DNA of 64,000 nucleotides from Orbicella franksi (Eukaryota): NCBI GenBank assembly GCA_964199315.1, contig OZ116699.1, positions 12,586,001 to 12,650,000 of the forward strand, read 5' to 3'. Shown piece by piece: positions 49,201 to 62,100 of this stretch (position 1 is its first letter; each line of letters starts with the position of its first letter). The notes under the pieces were generated by a model. It saw only the letters and a program-made list of their open reading frames with translations, ran no database searches and was not told where the DNA came from. The position numbers and the translations under genes were made by a program.

Positions 49201-50680
49201 AGTCGAAAACACTTTGAACAATAAATGTTGCACAAATCTTGGAACGACGACCTTTTAAAGTCGTCTTTTTAAAAGCAGGCATATGAATTGGCGTGAGCAG
49301 CGGGTTGCCACGAGAAAAGCACAACCACAACGGCAAACATTCACTGTGCGTCACTGTACAGCTGTTAGCGATCACGCCCTAGGTATTATCACTGCGATGA
49401 AAGAAATTCATTGGCTTGAAAAAGAAGAGTTGCCAGCCATAAATATTCTTTCCGATAAAAAAAAAAGTATATTTGCATGCAGCAGCCGTAACATTGCCTT
49501 AAGACACAAGTATTTCCGTGGTACAAAGGCACTATAATAAAATACTTTCCGTGCCCTAACATTGCCTATATATTTGTCCCTTTGCAAGGGTCACAGAGAG
49601 ACAGATTGTCTCCTGAGATTACACTTTTTCTCAATATTCAGTACGTTTCTCACAAAAAGAATATCCGGATATATGTATCTAGGCCTTGAGCGACCGGTAA
49701 AGGGCAAAGAGCAAATACGAAGGGCGAAACTCTCGTGATCAAAGGTCATTTTTATGGAGTTCTATTTGTCACGATAGCTCTTTTCTAGAGTGTTTCTTGT
49801 TCAGTTCAATGGTCTTTATGTCTTCCTGCTTAACACGATGCCTGAGCTTCAGATGGTTCAACGTTCATAATTTTCATGTCATCTGCGATGAAGGAACTAT
49901 CAATCTTTTTTTAAATCATAAATTCGTGGCAAATCCTATATGCGCAATACTACTCAAGATTCTAAGATCAGGGAATTCCAGTACAAAATCCTTAACTGCT
50001 TTCTCTGTGCAAACGCGAAACTTAATATCGCCTCGGCATCACTGATTCTCCTAGCTGTATTTTCTGTCAAGAAGAAGCACAATCCATCGATCGCGAGCTT
50101 TTACTTTTCTCCTGCAGAATTATAGATCTTCTGAATTCTGGAAACATGTCTGTTTTGTCCTGGCTTAAAAACAATACCATAGATATTAAACCGTCAACGA
50201 GGAAGACTTCATCTTGATCTTGATCACTATTTAATTAGTCACATTTTAATATTAGGGAGCATTGTATTTATTCTAAGTAATGTCAAGACAGTTCACCCTA
50301 AAATTAAAGGTTTTATAGCCAGGACAAAAGCTTCTTAAAGTATTGCGCTCCACATTACTAAGGAGATATCCAAGTTCTTAAAGCACCCTCAAAAATGAAA
50401 AAAACCACTTAACACACCTGCAATTAATAATATTAACAATAATTTATTAGGTCGTAGGGAGGATAAGCTGTGTTTCTTGTTTGTTCGTTTGCGTCTTTTT
50501 TCATTAGTAGTATTGTTATTATTATGACGTTATATGAAAACTTATTTTGCATTGCAATTGTTTCTTTTGTATTTTTTGTATGTTAACCAATAAACACTGC
50601 TCTACGTCTCAGTGATAAACTCTTGCTATATTAGCCATGCAATATCAAGCCATATTGACCTCACGGCCACCTCTCGCTAG
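46250..50680. repeat. Degenerate large inverted repeat upstream of copy 4 (arms ~46250-48160 and ~49060-50680)
   Basis: Same architecture as 16780-21530. In unit 3 the arms are ~29450-37600 (split by the Academ-like element) and ~38470-40260. Confidence 0.65.
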
Positions 50681-51118
50681 GTCAGTATAAGTGTCACAAC
50701 AATCATCCTCTATCGATCAACATAACAAGAGATAGTTTTATTGGCCTCTAAGTTGTATCTATTTAAGTTGTTGTATCTTTTAGAAACACAACATTAGCTG
50801 TTTAGCAGTCAGCTGGCAGCAATCAGAAACTTGAGGTACACCGTCAACACAAGAGGTAAACCAGTGACTACTTTTCAGTTTAATTCGATTTTCATTTCCT
50901 TGAAAAGTGGGTGCTACATACAGTTTTCATAAAGTGTAAAGGCTACGTCGGGTAGGCTAAATGTTATCAATTTAAGTTTCAGATAGGTTAGCAAGAGACC
51001 AATGTATTTATGAGTTTTTTAAGTCATTAGTCATAGACCATTTGCTAACGAGTTGATTTTTCTTTTATGCATGTATCGTGTTACCATTGCCATTGTTAAT
51101 AGCTAAACCGACAACAAT

Positions 51119-51270
51119 CTAACCTAAGCATTGTTAAGGCTAACCTGAGCACTATTCATGCTAACCGGCGCGCTATGCGGACTAACCATAGCGCTATTTG
51201 GGCTAACCGAAATGTCATTTAGGATAACCGAAGTGCAATTTAGGCTACTCCTTCCCTGCGGGCTATAAAG
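51119..51270 (+). promoter_or_regulatory. 21-bp-periodic CTAACC array plus TATAAAG, upstream of copy 4
   Basis: Hexamers at 51119, 51140, 51161, 51182, 51203, 51224, 51245. TATAAAG at 51264. Confidence 0.4.
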
Positions 51271-53167
51271 GGTTTCAACAAACACACAAGTACGGTACAT
51301 GTAACTAATATCCGAAAGTAGCGACAAGAAAAGGCTGCTAACTCAGGCACCCTGATTTATAAGTCAGATGTGTCTATGGGTCAAGAGTCATGAGATGATA
51401 AATCAATAAGTCACCAGTCAATTTGCCTTCCAGTTAGCCTGATTAGCTCTCCAGTAAGCCTAAATAGCAATTCGGTTAGCCTACTCTAGTCATCTTCTAG
51501 TCCCTACACTCTTTGCTTGTATCATTGTTGCTATATTAGATTGCGGCCTTGTTTTCGTTTAAGAGTTTTCTAACGTCCTAAAGAGGTGAAAGCTTAGAAA
51601 TATTGGGTAACTAGACAAGAAAAAAATGAGTAAGGGATCCAAAATTTTATCAGACGCTCATAAGAATGTCAATTTTGATTTTGTTATGTCTTGTCACAAA
51701 ATCTAGCTTGATGAACTGTAGTCCACTTCAATCCTTGTAATCCTGAACTTATATGTATGCCCCAAAATACTTGTTGTTTTTTGCTCTTTAAAATCTTTTT
51801 ATCCAATTCATTTGTATATTTGGTTACATTTGGCAATATAATAGGAAATTTGGAAAGAGAACTTTCGACACTGTCACACACCAGTTGACGATATCAGTAA
51901 GGTTTGAAAACCGCTCTAAAGGAAATAATAAACTCTCTACTTGTAATTGATGAGTTATGTAAGTACTTGACGAGAAGGCAAGCATTTGGAAGTTAAAGCG
52001 TAATCAAGTGATATTACTTTATATTGAATGCTAGCTTAAAATAATATTGTAAAGGTATATTGAACATTGGCTTAAAAACAGTGGAAGAACATGAATATTC
52101 AGTTTTTTCCTTGAAATATGGTGGAAAACTGACTTGTGAATCGAATGAAAATTAGCGATGAATATCAAGAACGTCCGTGAAACATTTCACGAATTATTTG
52201 TGTAGACGTGCAAACTGTTTAAAATATTGAGGAAACATAAATGTTTAAAGTCTTCTCCTTGTTAGTAAGCTATTTATTAATTCAAAAAATTAAAACCTGC
52301 TGGTGACTTGAGAGAAGCGGTAACTTACAAAAATTTACAATTTAGCAAGATTTTACTCCACCAAGGCGAGAGCGTTCGGTTAAATATGAACTCTTAGGTC
52401 TCTTTTTTTAGAGCCGAAAAGCAGAAACTAAACAAACCGCTGGAGAGAAGAATAGGTTTTTACTCTGTCCTTTAAAATGAATATTTGGTTTGCGCGGTCG
52501 TGTTAACGGGGTGTATGTATAAGAGATTACACATTGAGATTACAAAATGTTAGCGTTGGCCGCCTTGAAAACAGTGTGGTTTCTTATAACAAAATGTATT
52601 GGCGTTTCACTGGGACAAAAACGAAGTGGTTCCTAAGTAGTGGTTTCATTGTAGTGGATGTATCATTGTTAGTATTGTCGGATTCATAATGTTAGTAGTT
52701 TAGGCGTAATCCTTGTAACTGATATAAGTATCGTATTTTAGGTCATGTAAGTTTAATTAATTTTTAACATGAAAGAAAGTTTCTTGTAAGGAGTGTTGTT
52801 TTAGTATTGTAGTACAAAAAAGTAAGGTTTCTGGTTATTTTTAAATCATGAGCATAACAACTAAGATGCGCAAAGTTTATAAGCTGTTGAAAAGAATTCC
52901 CCATCGTTATTTCAGACCAAAAACTCAAGTTGCCTTTGAGACAGTTTCGGAGGCTTGTTGCTAAAAGAAGAAGAAGAAAAAAAAAAAAAAAAACTGGATA
53001 AAAAAGTAGAAGAAATGTTGACAACGGCATTTTGTCTTTGTTTACGACGAAAAGTTAGAAATTAACCCCTTACTGTCGGCTGCTTATCTCATTTAATCCA
53101 CTTTCCTCGACTAACTGAGGAAATTCACGTTATTCCCTTGCAGAAAAAAAGCAAAAACGACGACGTC

Positions 53168-54364
53168 ATGTTCGTAAGATCGGCGTTGTTATTTCTTCTC
53201 CTTAACCTGACCGGAGTGATGATGTTCAGGCTGAAGAAGAATGACGAGATCGAGACTTCTGAAGACCCCAAGCGCCCCAATTATGGTTTGCTTCCCAAGT
53301 TGAAGAATGGCGAGAACGAGATTCCTGAAAACTTCAAGCGCTCCATTTATAATGGTTTGGTCTCCAAGTTGAAGAATGACGAGACTGAGGAACCTGAAGA
53401 GCCTGAGCCAACCAAGAATACCAAGGCTTTGGGTCGCCCAGGTTTGTAATTTGTTTGTTTGTTCGTCCGTACTCTACAACATGTTAGGTTATAAGTTTAG
53501 AAAGTGAAAATGTTTGTATCTTACAAACTTGAACACGGAAAACCAAGGAAGTTTTTTTACCTCTCATTAATAAAACGGACAGGGTCCCGACTGATATATT
53601 GTGTTTTAATACGTATGGCCAGGAGCTTGCAAGAGAAATGGAAAATCAACTAAACAGATAAATAATGACTAAATTTTACCAGAATGGCAGGTTTGATTTC
53701 TTGACATCCTGTCGCAAAACTAAATTTGATGAACCGTAATCCACCTCCATCCTCGAAATCGTGGGCTTCTTACTCGTTCTATTTTGCTTTTTGGAATCTT
53801 TTGATCCAATTTATTTGTGTATTTGGTTACATTTGGGGATATAATATGGAAATTAGGAAAGAGACCTTAAGCAGCGACAACGGTCCGTCTTAACGGCAGC
53901 GACACTGTCCACTATCTACTGTCTTGAGGGTAATCAGTCAAGATAGGTAACACAGTATGAACATACAGTATGAACCTTTTTCGCACACGCTTCAATACAC
54001 CACAAAAAGGCAGTTTTAAAATAGATTTTATGGCCCGGACTGGGTTTGTCGTCTTGCTCGGCTACAAGTCATCATCCTCCCACACAACGTCGAATTTGAG
54101 TCGTCTTCTGTTTAAAGCACTGACAGCGTGAACCTGTTTTAGAATTGTTAATACGTTTGTTAATCATATTGACTGTTCAAACTGACTTCTTTTTCAGAGG
54201 GTAGAGCTCCTGGTGATTGCATTGCTTGTTTCCTGATAGAATGTGGCTTCCCAGCCTTTGGATGCTTAGGTGCCGGTCCTGCATACTTAGGCTGTCTGAC
54301 AGCAGCCTGTGGCGGTGGTATATTGGCAACCGTATGCTTGGCAGATTGCTTTCTTCCTATTTAG
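53168..54364 (+). CDS. Cys-rich prepropeptide gene, copy 4, 146 aa; coding exons 53168-53441 and 54198-54364
   Basis: Same exon structure and the same mature peptide. Acceptors at 53143 and 54197, donor at 53442, AATAAA at 54588. Confidence 0.85.
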
Positions 54365-54812
54365 GTCATGCTCTCAGCCAGTGCAGTCAAGAATGGATAC
54401 TAGTAATTGTAATTATTAGATATCCAAACGGACCTTATTACCAATGGTCATTTCAATATACTGTAAACCGCTTTGCTGATTTGTTGTTGTTTTAAGTTTT
54501 CATTAAATTGGAGGATGCGACTTATATTCAAGACCATCTGTAATTGTAAGCCTAATCATAATCTTAAGGACCTCTCACGGTCTGCTGAATAAATAAAACA
54601 GAGTTGTTGTCGTTGATAGTTGTGCTAGCTCCGAATTATGGAGTTAAATTTGTCTTTCAATCTTGCTCTTCGGTTTTTAACTTGGAAGTTATTTCAAAAC
54701 AACTCAACTAGTAGGTTTGCTTTCCTAGAGCAACTGAACGTTACACTGTTTTCTTGCGGCGAGGAAAATGCTTTTTGGGTTCTTCGTTTTCTACCATCCT
54801 TCAAGAGACTGT

Positions 54813-55580
54813 TGCTGTGTTTAGACTTGAACGGTTTACCGAGGTACCAGAGTTTACTTACCTAGGTAACATTTTCCTTGTGTAAACGCCAACTGATACT
54901 TTGGTAAATGCCGCAAAAGACAAAAGAAATTTAACCGAGGTAAAAGTTGTAATTACCCTGTGATCAGGCATGGTTACAGTTGGTAACCAAGGTCAAGATG
55001 ACAGATATATCCGCTTGTGGTGGCGTAATATTTCACTTCCCGCGGTGAGCAGATTGAGCGATTGTCGACAAAGCGTTTCTTTTCCAGTTTTGACTGGGCG
55101 ATCATGGCAGATAACGTGGAAAGATTGGATCGATCTTCTTACAGCGAGCAATCCGTCACGTAAAAGAGAGCTTCGTAGTTTTCATTCTCAGTATTATTTA
55201 CAACTTTCTCTAGACAAACTTCGATCCTATGTTGTGTAATTATTGTCGATATATTTTGCCACCAGGCAGGGAGGATGCTGCATATACAACGTATCCATGC
55301 ATACTCTGGGTATGATCAAGCAGCTGAATTTTCTCCGCAATATTATGAAATGAGGTCCTCGCCTAAGAAAATGATGGCACCTCAATTTGCTCCTGTTCCA
55401 CTGCGGTGGAATCCTCGTCCAAGTTCGATTTCATGACGTTGATAATGCAGCGCTCGCGAATGTTGAAAGATCAACTTGAGTTATTTGAGCCGGTATAAAC
55501 ACTGGACGAATGTACCAAGGTTAAGTAACATGACCTTAGTAACTGTTTACCTTGGTAAAAGCTCAGATGTAAACACAGCA
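54813..55580. mobile_element. Non-autonomous TIR element with apparent 3-bp TSD (TGT)
   Basis: Imperfect inverted ends TGCTGTGTTTA.A..TGA....TTTACC.AGGTA. The flanks rejoin into sequence that is contiguous downstream of copy 1 (~13720-13760). Confidence 0.55.
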
Positions 55581-58500
55581 TGTTTTCATTGGGTTGTTGT
55601 CTAAGAGCCCCTGTTTTCAATGAGTAAACAGTCAGTAAACAAAAAGAAGTTGCTTTAGATTAGGGTTGACCCTTACTCAGCCTAAGGACAAGTACATGTC
55701 TGCTCTCTTCACATCGAAATTTTTACTTAAATTTATTTTCGAGGAGAAAATTCTCAGGAAGGCACTACTTCTCAAAATTTTTCATCTCTAATTCAGTATG
55801 AATGGATTTAACTTTAGTGTGGGACCCTTTCAATTCATGGTTTAATAACGTTTGCCGTTCAACGAGAGCTGCAAGACAACACTGAGTTACTTCAAAGTAT
55901 TTAACTTTCGGCGTTACGTGAAACTATCTAATTGCGAAGGCACTCGAGCGCAACGAACACTTCTATGAACCCTGTTCAAATAGGTTTAGTTAAGAGGCAG
56001 TCTCTGTAAGAGCGGACTGTTCGATCTCGCTTGAAAAATAGATTTCGTTCATTGCTTGTGTTACGAGACATTCATATGCTTGTACTAAAACCACAATCCA
56101 ATTGATCAGATCTTTTAAATTTTTCGTGTTTTAGGGAATTCAGTTTCGGTTCACCCGAGTGGATCAGCTTGTGGCGGCCATTGTCAACACCTACAGATTT
56201 AACACATCTTTGAAAATAAACTAAACAAGAACAAAAAATCTCTGCACAAAAGAAAACACCACTCCTACTTAAAATATGTCTTTATAATGTGCCAAACTGA
56301 TTTGTATAAACAATGAGCTCGAACCAAGCATTCAAGGAGGCTTTAGTTAACGACACCCATATCGTACAGCTCGATGAGACACCCAAAAATGGATCACAAA
56401 TTCAATAATGTAATGTTGAAAAAGTGGGGCATCCTATTTCCATCAAACCAACACAGCCTAAAAGTAGATACACTAGAAAATGTCACTACAGCAAGAAACC
56501 TTGCGGTATCTCCTTGATGAAATATTTATGGCCTTGTGAACTTGCTGAATTTCGATGATCTTCACGTTTTTCCTCCATTTTGAAAGACTCCTCATCATAA
56601 AGCATTGCCTTATCTTGTCTCAAGGAGACATCTAAGATGATTAACAACAAACAGCGAAATCATTCGACATGCATTACATTTCAAATAAAGGAAACAAAGT
56701 CAGTTTTGAGTGCATGAGTTTAACTCACAAGTAGCTTTCGCCGCTTTCGATTGCTTGATGAGTGCTCGAACTTCGCTCGATAATTCCACATGAACCAGCC
56801 ACCACTGGCACCCAAACTACGGCTCGGATTTAGCGTATAGATCTGCTTAAGGTGGTGAGACCGTTTTTTCCCCTTCTTTCCCCAGGAACAGCGATGTTTT
56901 TTCACGACAAAGCGGCACACATCGACCGATATAAAGAACCAACCGCCACGTTTACCCCGATGGTGAACCGCTGACCACACTCGAGGGGAACTTGCTTTAG
57001 CTGAGCATTATTTATGACGGATCTTATATCAGTTATCGGAGATTAGATGGTAAAATATTTGGTGCTTCTTGCGGTGTAAACGGTGTACAGGCACTTCACC
57101 GTCCATATGATATGACATCTGTATTTCCACCAAAGTGCACTGAGCTAAAGGTCGATGAGGGGAATTTTGTCTCTATTCTATGGAAGAAGCGTGATTCCTC
57201 AAGTAGCAGCAGTGATACCGAAAACAGAGAAAAGGTTCCAGTGTTTGAATACCTACACCCAGTGCTAGGACTTTAAAATCAGTTGCAGATGTGAAAAAAT
57301 TGAAGATGTGAAAAAATAAGAAGGAATTGCACATGTTTGTTGGCCAGCATTCAGAGAGTAATTTACAACAACCTTATAGGTATGGGTTGAGAAATTCTCA
57401 TCACTCACCCTTATGGAAGAAAATGGTACCATTAGCACTGAGGGAGTGCCCAGCCCGTTAGTCTTCTACCCATTGAGCTATGTGGTGGGCCATCCAGAAG
57501 CCGAAAGGAAGAGCAGGTCGATACTCAGACGACGTATGGCAATATCTGATATCCAAGTTTGAAAACTGTAATACATCTGGGAGGAAGGAAGATCAGGCCG
57601 CGTTGAAATTTGTAACTTTTGCGACTATTCCAGGAAAGGGAAATTGACATCGTTACAGTTGCCACGCTCAGAGCCATTTGCACGTTTTTCGACCTTCCTT
57701 TTAGTTAGGTCAATCTTGCTCACCAAAAGTTAAGGAGATAATAGAAGTGCAAATTGGTGAAAAAAGAGAATCTTCGCCTGGCGCGGAGTTTGACAAGCGT
57801 GGATGCTCGTGAATTATATGTTCGAACAGTACTCGTATTCTAGACAAATTGACACACACCAAACTACGCACCCCTATGAGCTCTGCCCATTCGACCAAAC
57901 GTTTCGATTTGAATTTTCCGAAAACTTCCAGTGGCGGATGGAACAGCATAATCTTGAATGTAAGGAAAAGGGGAAACCCCGTGAGATATCGCTAAATTTT
58001 GGCGATAATTTCTCCCCGGAATTTTGAGTACAGATGTTGGTTATGTACATAGTTATGTATATACAACCGCTGGGGCCAAACTCTTGTTTTGTGTCCTTGG
58101 GTATGCAGAAAATGCCATTACAGTCCTCAGGTAGAACACATGCTTCAGTAACAGTTTGCAGAGCCGTTTGGGGAAAATTACGTTGCTTCTAACACTTCTT
58201 GAATGAAGAGCAAAAAGTATCAAAAAACGCAAAGCCAACAAAAGAGAAATGGGTGCAGCGACTTTATGCATTCGTTCTTCACCAGAAATGAGAGCGAGCT
58301 CATTGATAAGCACACTCCTAGGAACTAGGACGTCAACTGAGGAAAAGAGGCGCAAAGTACGAAATGAACTGAAAGTAAACAGCACTCGCCTCGAGCTTCC
58401 TCTAATGCTTGCAAAAGATAGTGAACAACTTTGAGACAGTTTGAGTTTCAGCTTTATGATTCTATATACATTGAAATCCTGATTTCTCAAACCTTCAAAC

Positions 58501-58603
58501 GAAAAAAAAATTGGTTCAAAAACTCGGAGTCTACTGCTCGAAAAAAATAAATTATGTGATTTTGAAACAAATTTGGTAGAAAAAAAGAAGTAGAACCAAA
58601 CTG

Positions 58604-58940
58604 CAGTCGAACCTTCATTAACGGGCACCTCTCTACAGTGGCCCCCTCTCCACAGCGACAACGGCCACTAAATCGCTCAGTTCCCGACTGCCAAAATAAC
58701 CTCTCCACAACGGCCAGTTGATCAACGACTGACGAACGGTGTATACAAACCCCAATTTTTTTATTGTGAAAGGAGACGAAACTCATTATTCACTGTTTCT
58801 GAGTTTAGTTTTAATTGATACATTTTGATTTATATATGCTAAAATGAGCATTTAAAAAAAAAACAAACAAAATGTTGCACTCCTTCTTGCCCAAAATGCC
58901 CACCTCTCTACAACGGCCACTTTCCTCTGTCCCCAAGGTG
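58604..58940. mobile_element. Partial Tc1/mariner (pogo/Tigger-like) MITE
   Basis: Starts CAGTCGAACC with repeated CCTCTC(T/C)ACAACGGCCA motifs. Right TIR missing. Confidence 0.5.
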
Positions 58941-59149
58941 GCATACGTACCTTGATACAACGTGAAAAAAAAAAAGCAACCAAAATAAGGTAGTCGAACA
59001 CAGTTTTCGCGTGCGCTTTTGCTGATGCGATTCAGCGCGCGCACAGGGTATGCAAAAGCAAACATGCCGTCAATAGAGCGATCATTTTATTTACTCAACT
59101 CCTGCACTATCTGTGCTATTTTTCTCTATTATTGAACGCAGTGCATTGG

Positions 59150-62100
59150 TGGGCCATGGGCCAGGGCAGGTTCTCGGTACCACTCGGGGGGAGAAAATGT
59201 GAGTGATATCTGATGAAAGGCTGTATGAAGGACTTTTCAAATTTACTTGATAGCAATCGTGAAAGAGTAGCTTTCAGTATTTTTTGCGTACTTCTTTTTT
59301 TCAAAAATATTGCTGTGACATGGAAACGAGGCTCACATTAAAACAGTTATTTTAAATGCGTTCTTTATTTATAATATTAATAAATTACTACATTGTACAG
59401 TAAACAGCTTTTCTTAACATTTTGGTTAAAAACTAAAATTTATAAGTTGATTTGAAAAAGAAAAACTTAAATGAAACCATGCAGCTCAAATTCTGAAAGC
59501 ATCATGGGTAAGATGACGGTCTCGCTGCATGGTAAATACTTCAAAGTTCTTGCCAAATTTTCGCAGTTTGGACTCTTTTTATCAAGTAACATTGAGAAAA
59601 AGGGAACACTTAGTATTTTTATGCTTACTGAATAAAATACTTACAAACATTCAACAGTCTCTGTTCGACTCAAGGAAACTTGACTACAGTTTCAATTCTT
59701 CTTTTATTTCTAGACCAAACTAGGCGACCAGCTTTTAAAACTTGTATTATTCACTGCTCATATGATAAAAGTCGGCTAATTAGTCCTATTTTAAAAGAAA
59801 AATCTCGACTCTTTGAAATATTTATTGAAGGCGGCTACAATTAAAAGTCATGGGCCATTGCTTTATTCATTGGCAGAGAATACCAAGGAAGGAGAAATTC
59901 CCCACGTCATATATCACAGGAAATGCCGAAGTCTTTTTAGCACGAAGGGAGATTAGTTGGAGAGCATTTTTCATACAAGGGCCACGAGACAGATTTCGAA
60001 GTTTAATTTGGAAAGCGAACAGCAAAGATCTCGTTGGCAAGAGCCAAGCACGAGGAGAACTTGCTCGAAAATGTACACTTCTTGCGAAAATAAGACTGCA
60101 TGTACAAGAACACGCGATCCCTTTGACCCAGTAGGTTGACTTGTATTTATATGTTTTAGAAAAGCTGCTTTTGCTGCGGGTGATAGTAGGCTTATTGGCC
60201 TTGCCTGTCGTGATTTGGTAGCAGCTGAAGCTTGTTACCATGGTCGGTGCTTTTGAGATTGTACCTGACCAGATAAAGCGAGCAACTACACTGACTTGGA
60301 ACGTAGTGAACACGACGCCGATGACAACCAATTTTTTTGATATAGAGTCTCAAGCTTATGACAAACTGTTTGAGTTTATTTGATCAGATTTATTAAATCC
60401 CAGGTTTATTTAGATGGTTGATCTGAGAGCGAATCAGTAATCTCCATGTGATAAATGGGCGCTACTGAAATATCCGAATCAACGAAAAAGACATTTCCGA
60501 AGAAAGTTAGAAAACGATTTCGGCGACTTGTTACAATTTGAAGATCTCCCGAACAATGATAAAGTTTTTGTTCTTTCCAAAAATTTTTCAAATGTTCAAC
60601 TGGCCAGAGAGATAGTAACTTTATTTCAGCAATTCGACAACAGGGCTGACTCCATGTAAAGTCAAGGAAAATAGCAAGTTGGACTGTACATCTGTAATGT
60701 AGTTTCAAATAATACTGAAATGGCATGGCCACCGAAATTTTCTGAAATATGTGAGAATGCAATAAATCTCCCAGCAGAACTAGATGCCTTTCTATATACT
60801 CTTCTAACTAGCAACTCAGAAATCCCAACGGAATATCCTCATCGCCACCGGTGCCTTGTCGGCAACTCTTTTGAGCAAGACATTATATACGGGATGACTG
60901 GAGGAAAACCTTCCAAGCAAATGCTAATACCATACGCAGTAAAAACTTTGCAAACCGCAATGTTGAACTTATACACAGCACTTTGCCTACAAAAAATGGC
61001 CGTGGCGTCTGATGATGATGTTCCTTTGCCGAAAAATATTCAGGCAACGCTTGCGTGGGATAATATTGATAGAATAGAAGAGACACTTTATGGCACAGGA
61101 ACATCTCATCGAGTAAATGTTATTGCTGTCGAAGCCAGGCATTTTGGTCCCGGAACCTCCTTCCGCCCCCTGGAACTGAGCAAGCTAGGACAAGGAAAAG
61201 AAGACATGAAATTGATGATGTCGATGCTCGACGGAAGCTGCATCAATCCCTTTAAGGGAGAAAGGCAAGACCTGGTTGTCTATCGACCGGCAACCTCGCA
61301 ACTCCTGAGATAGAGAATGATCTGCATGCTTCCGGCAGAGGCTTTCGGAGAGACGGCTTATAAGACATTTTGTCATGACAGGCTTGGGTCTGACCAACGT
61401 AAGGTGAAATTCTGCGACAAAATTACGAACCTCAAAGCTTAAACAAGGAGATGAAAGGACAAATAGGGTCAAGAAAGGAAGTAATCATTAAAGCGGATCG
61501 TGCGCAGTTTGCTCAAATGATCATGCTGAGAACAGAACGTTGAAGATGAATGATGTACTGAACCACCCTCTCGGACTCGCCCTTGGGCCCTTGACACGGC
61601 TGATGGGTTGCTTAGGAAAACCAACAAATCATCACTTGCCAAGGAGCCAGCCAGAAAAATATGACAGCAGCAGATATGATTCCTCAGCCGTGCGGGCGAA
61701 TTTTTGACGAAATGGTAATGCTCCAGAAGATAAGAGGCGACCAGAAAACATTTGCTGAATTGGTTGACAGTATGATGTCCATGGTTTTGCATGAAGGAAC
61801 AGACAGCCAGCGTATGGTCATCGACGTTTACAGAAATAATTCCATCAAAAACCACAAGAGAGAGAAGAGAGGCTCAGAAAGCGGTCATAAAGTCAGAAAC
61901 TTCAAGGTAGACTACAAGATGCATCAATGGCGGACATTCTTGCCCAATTCCAGGAATAAATCGCTCCTGAGCAAATTTATTTCAGAAAAGTGGTAAAATA
62001 AGAGGCACAGAGAGAGGTTCGCTGGAAAGACGATCTTCGTAACGACCGAGGAGTACTGCTATGAACTCTCCTCAATCGGAGTAACAGCAAGGGAAGAGCC

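Noticed and set aside
56300-58480. Coding-looking patches, including ORFs 56720..56980, 58053..58661 and 58249..58434
   Set aside because: There are stops in all plausible frames and no motif I can identify; possibly decayed transposon sequence. BLASTX would decide.
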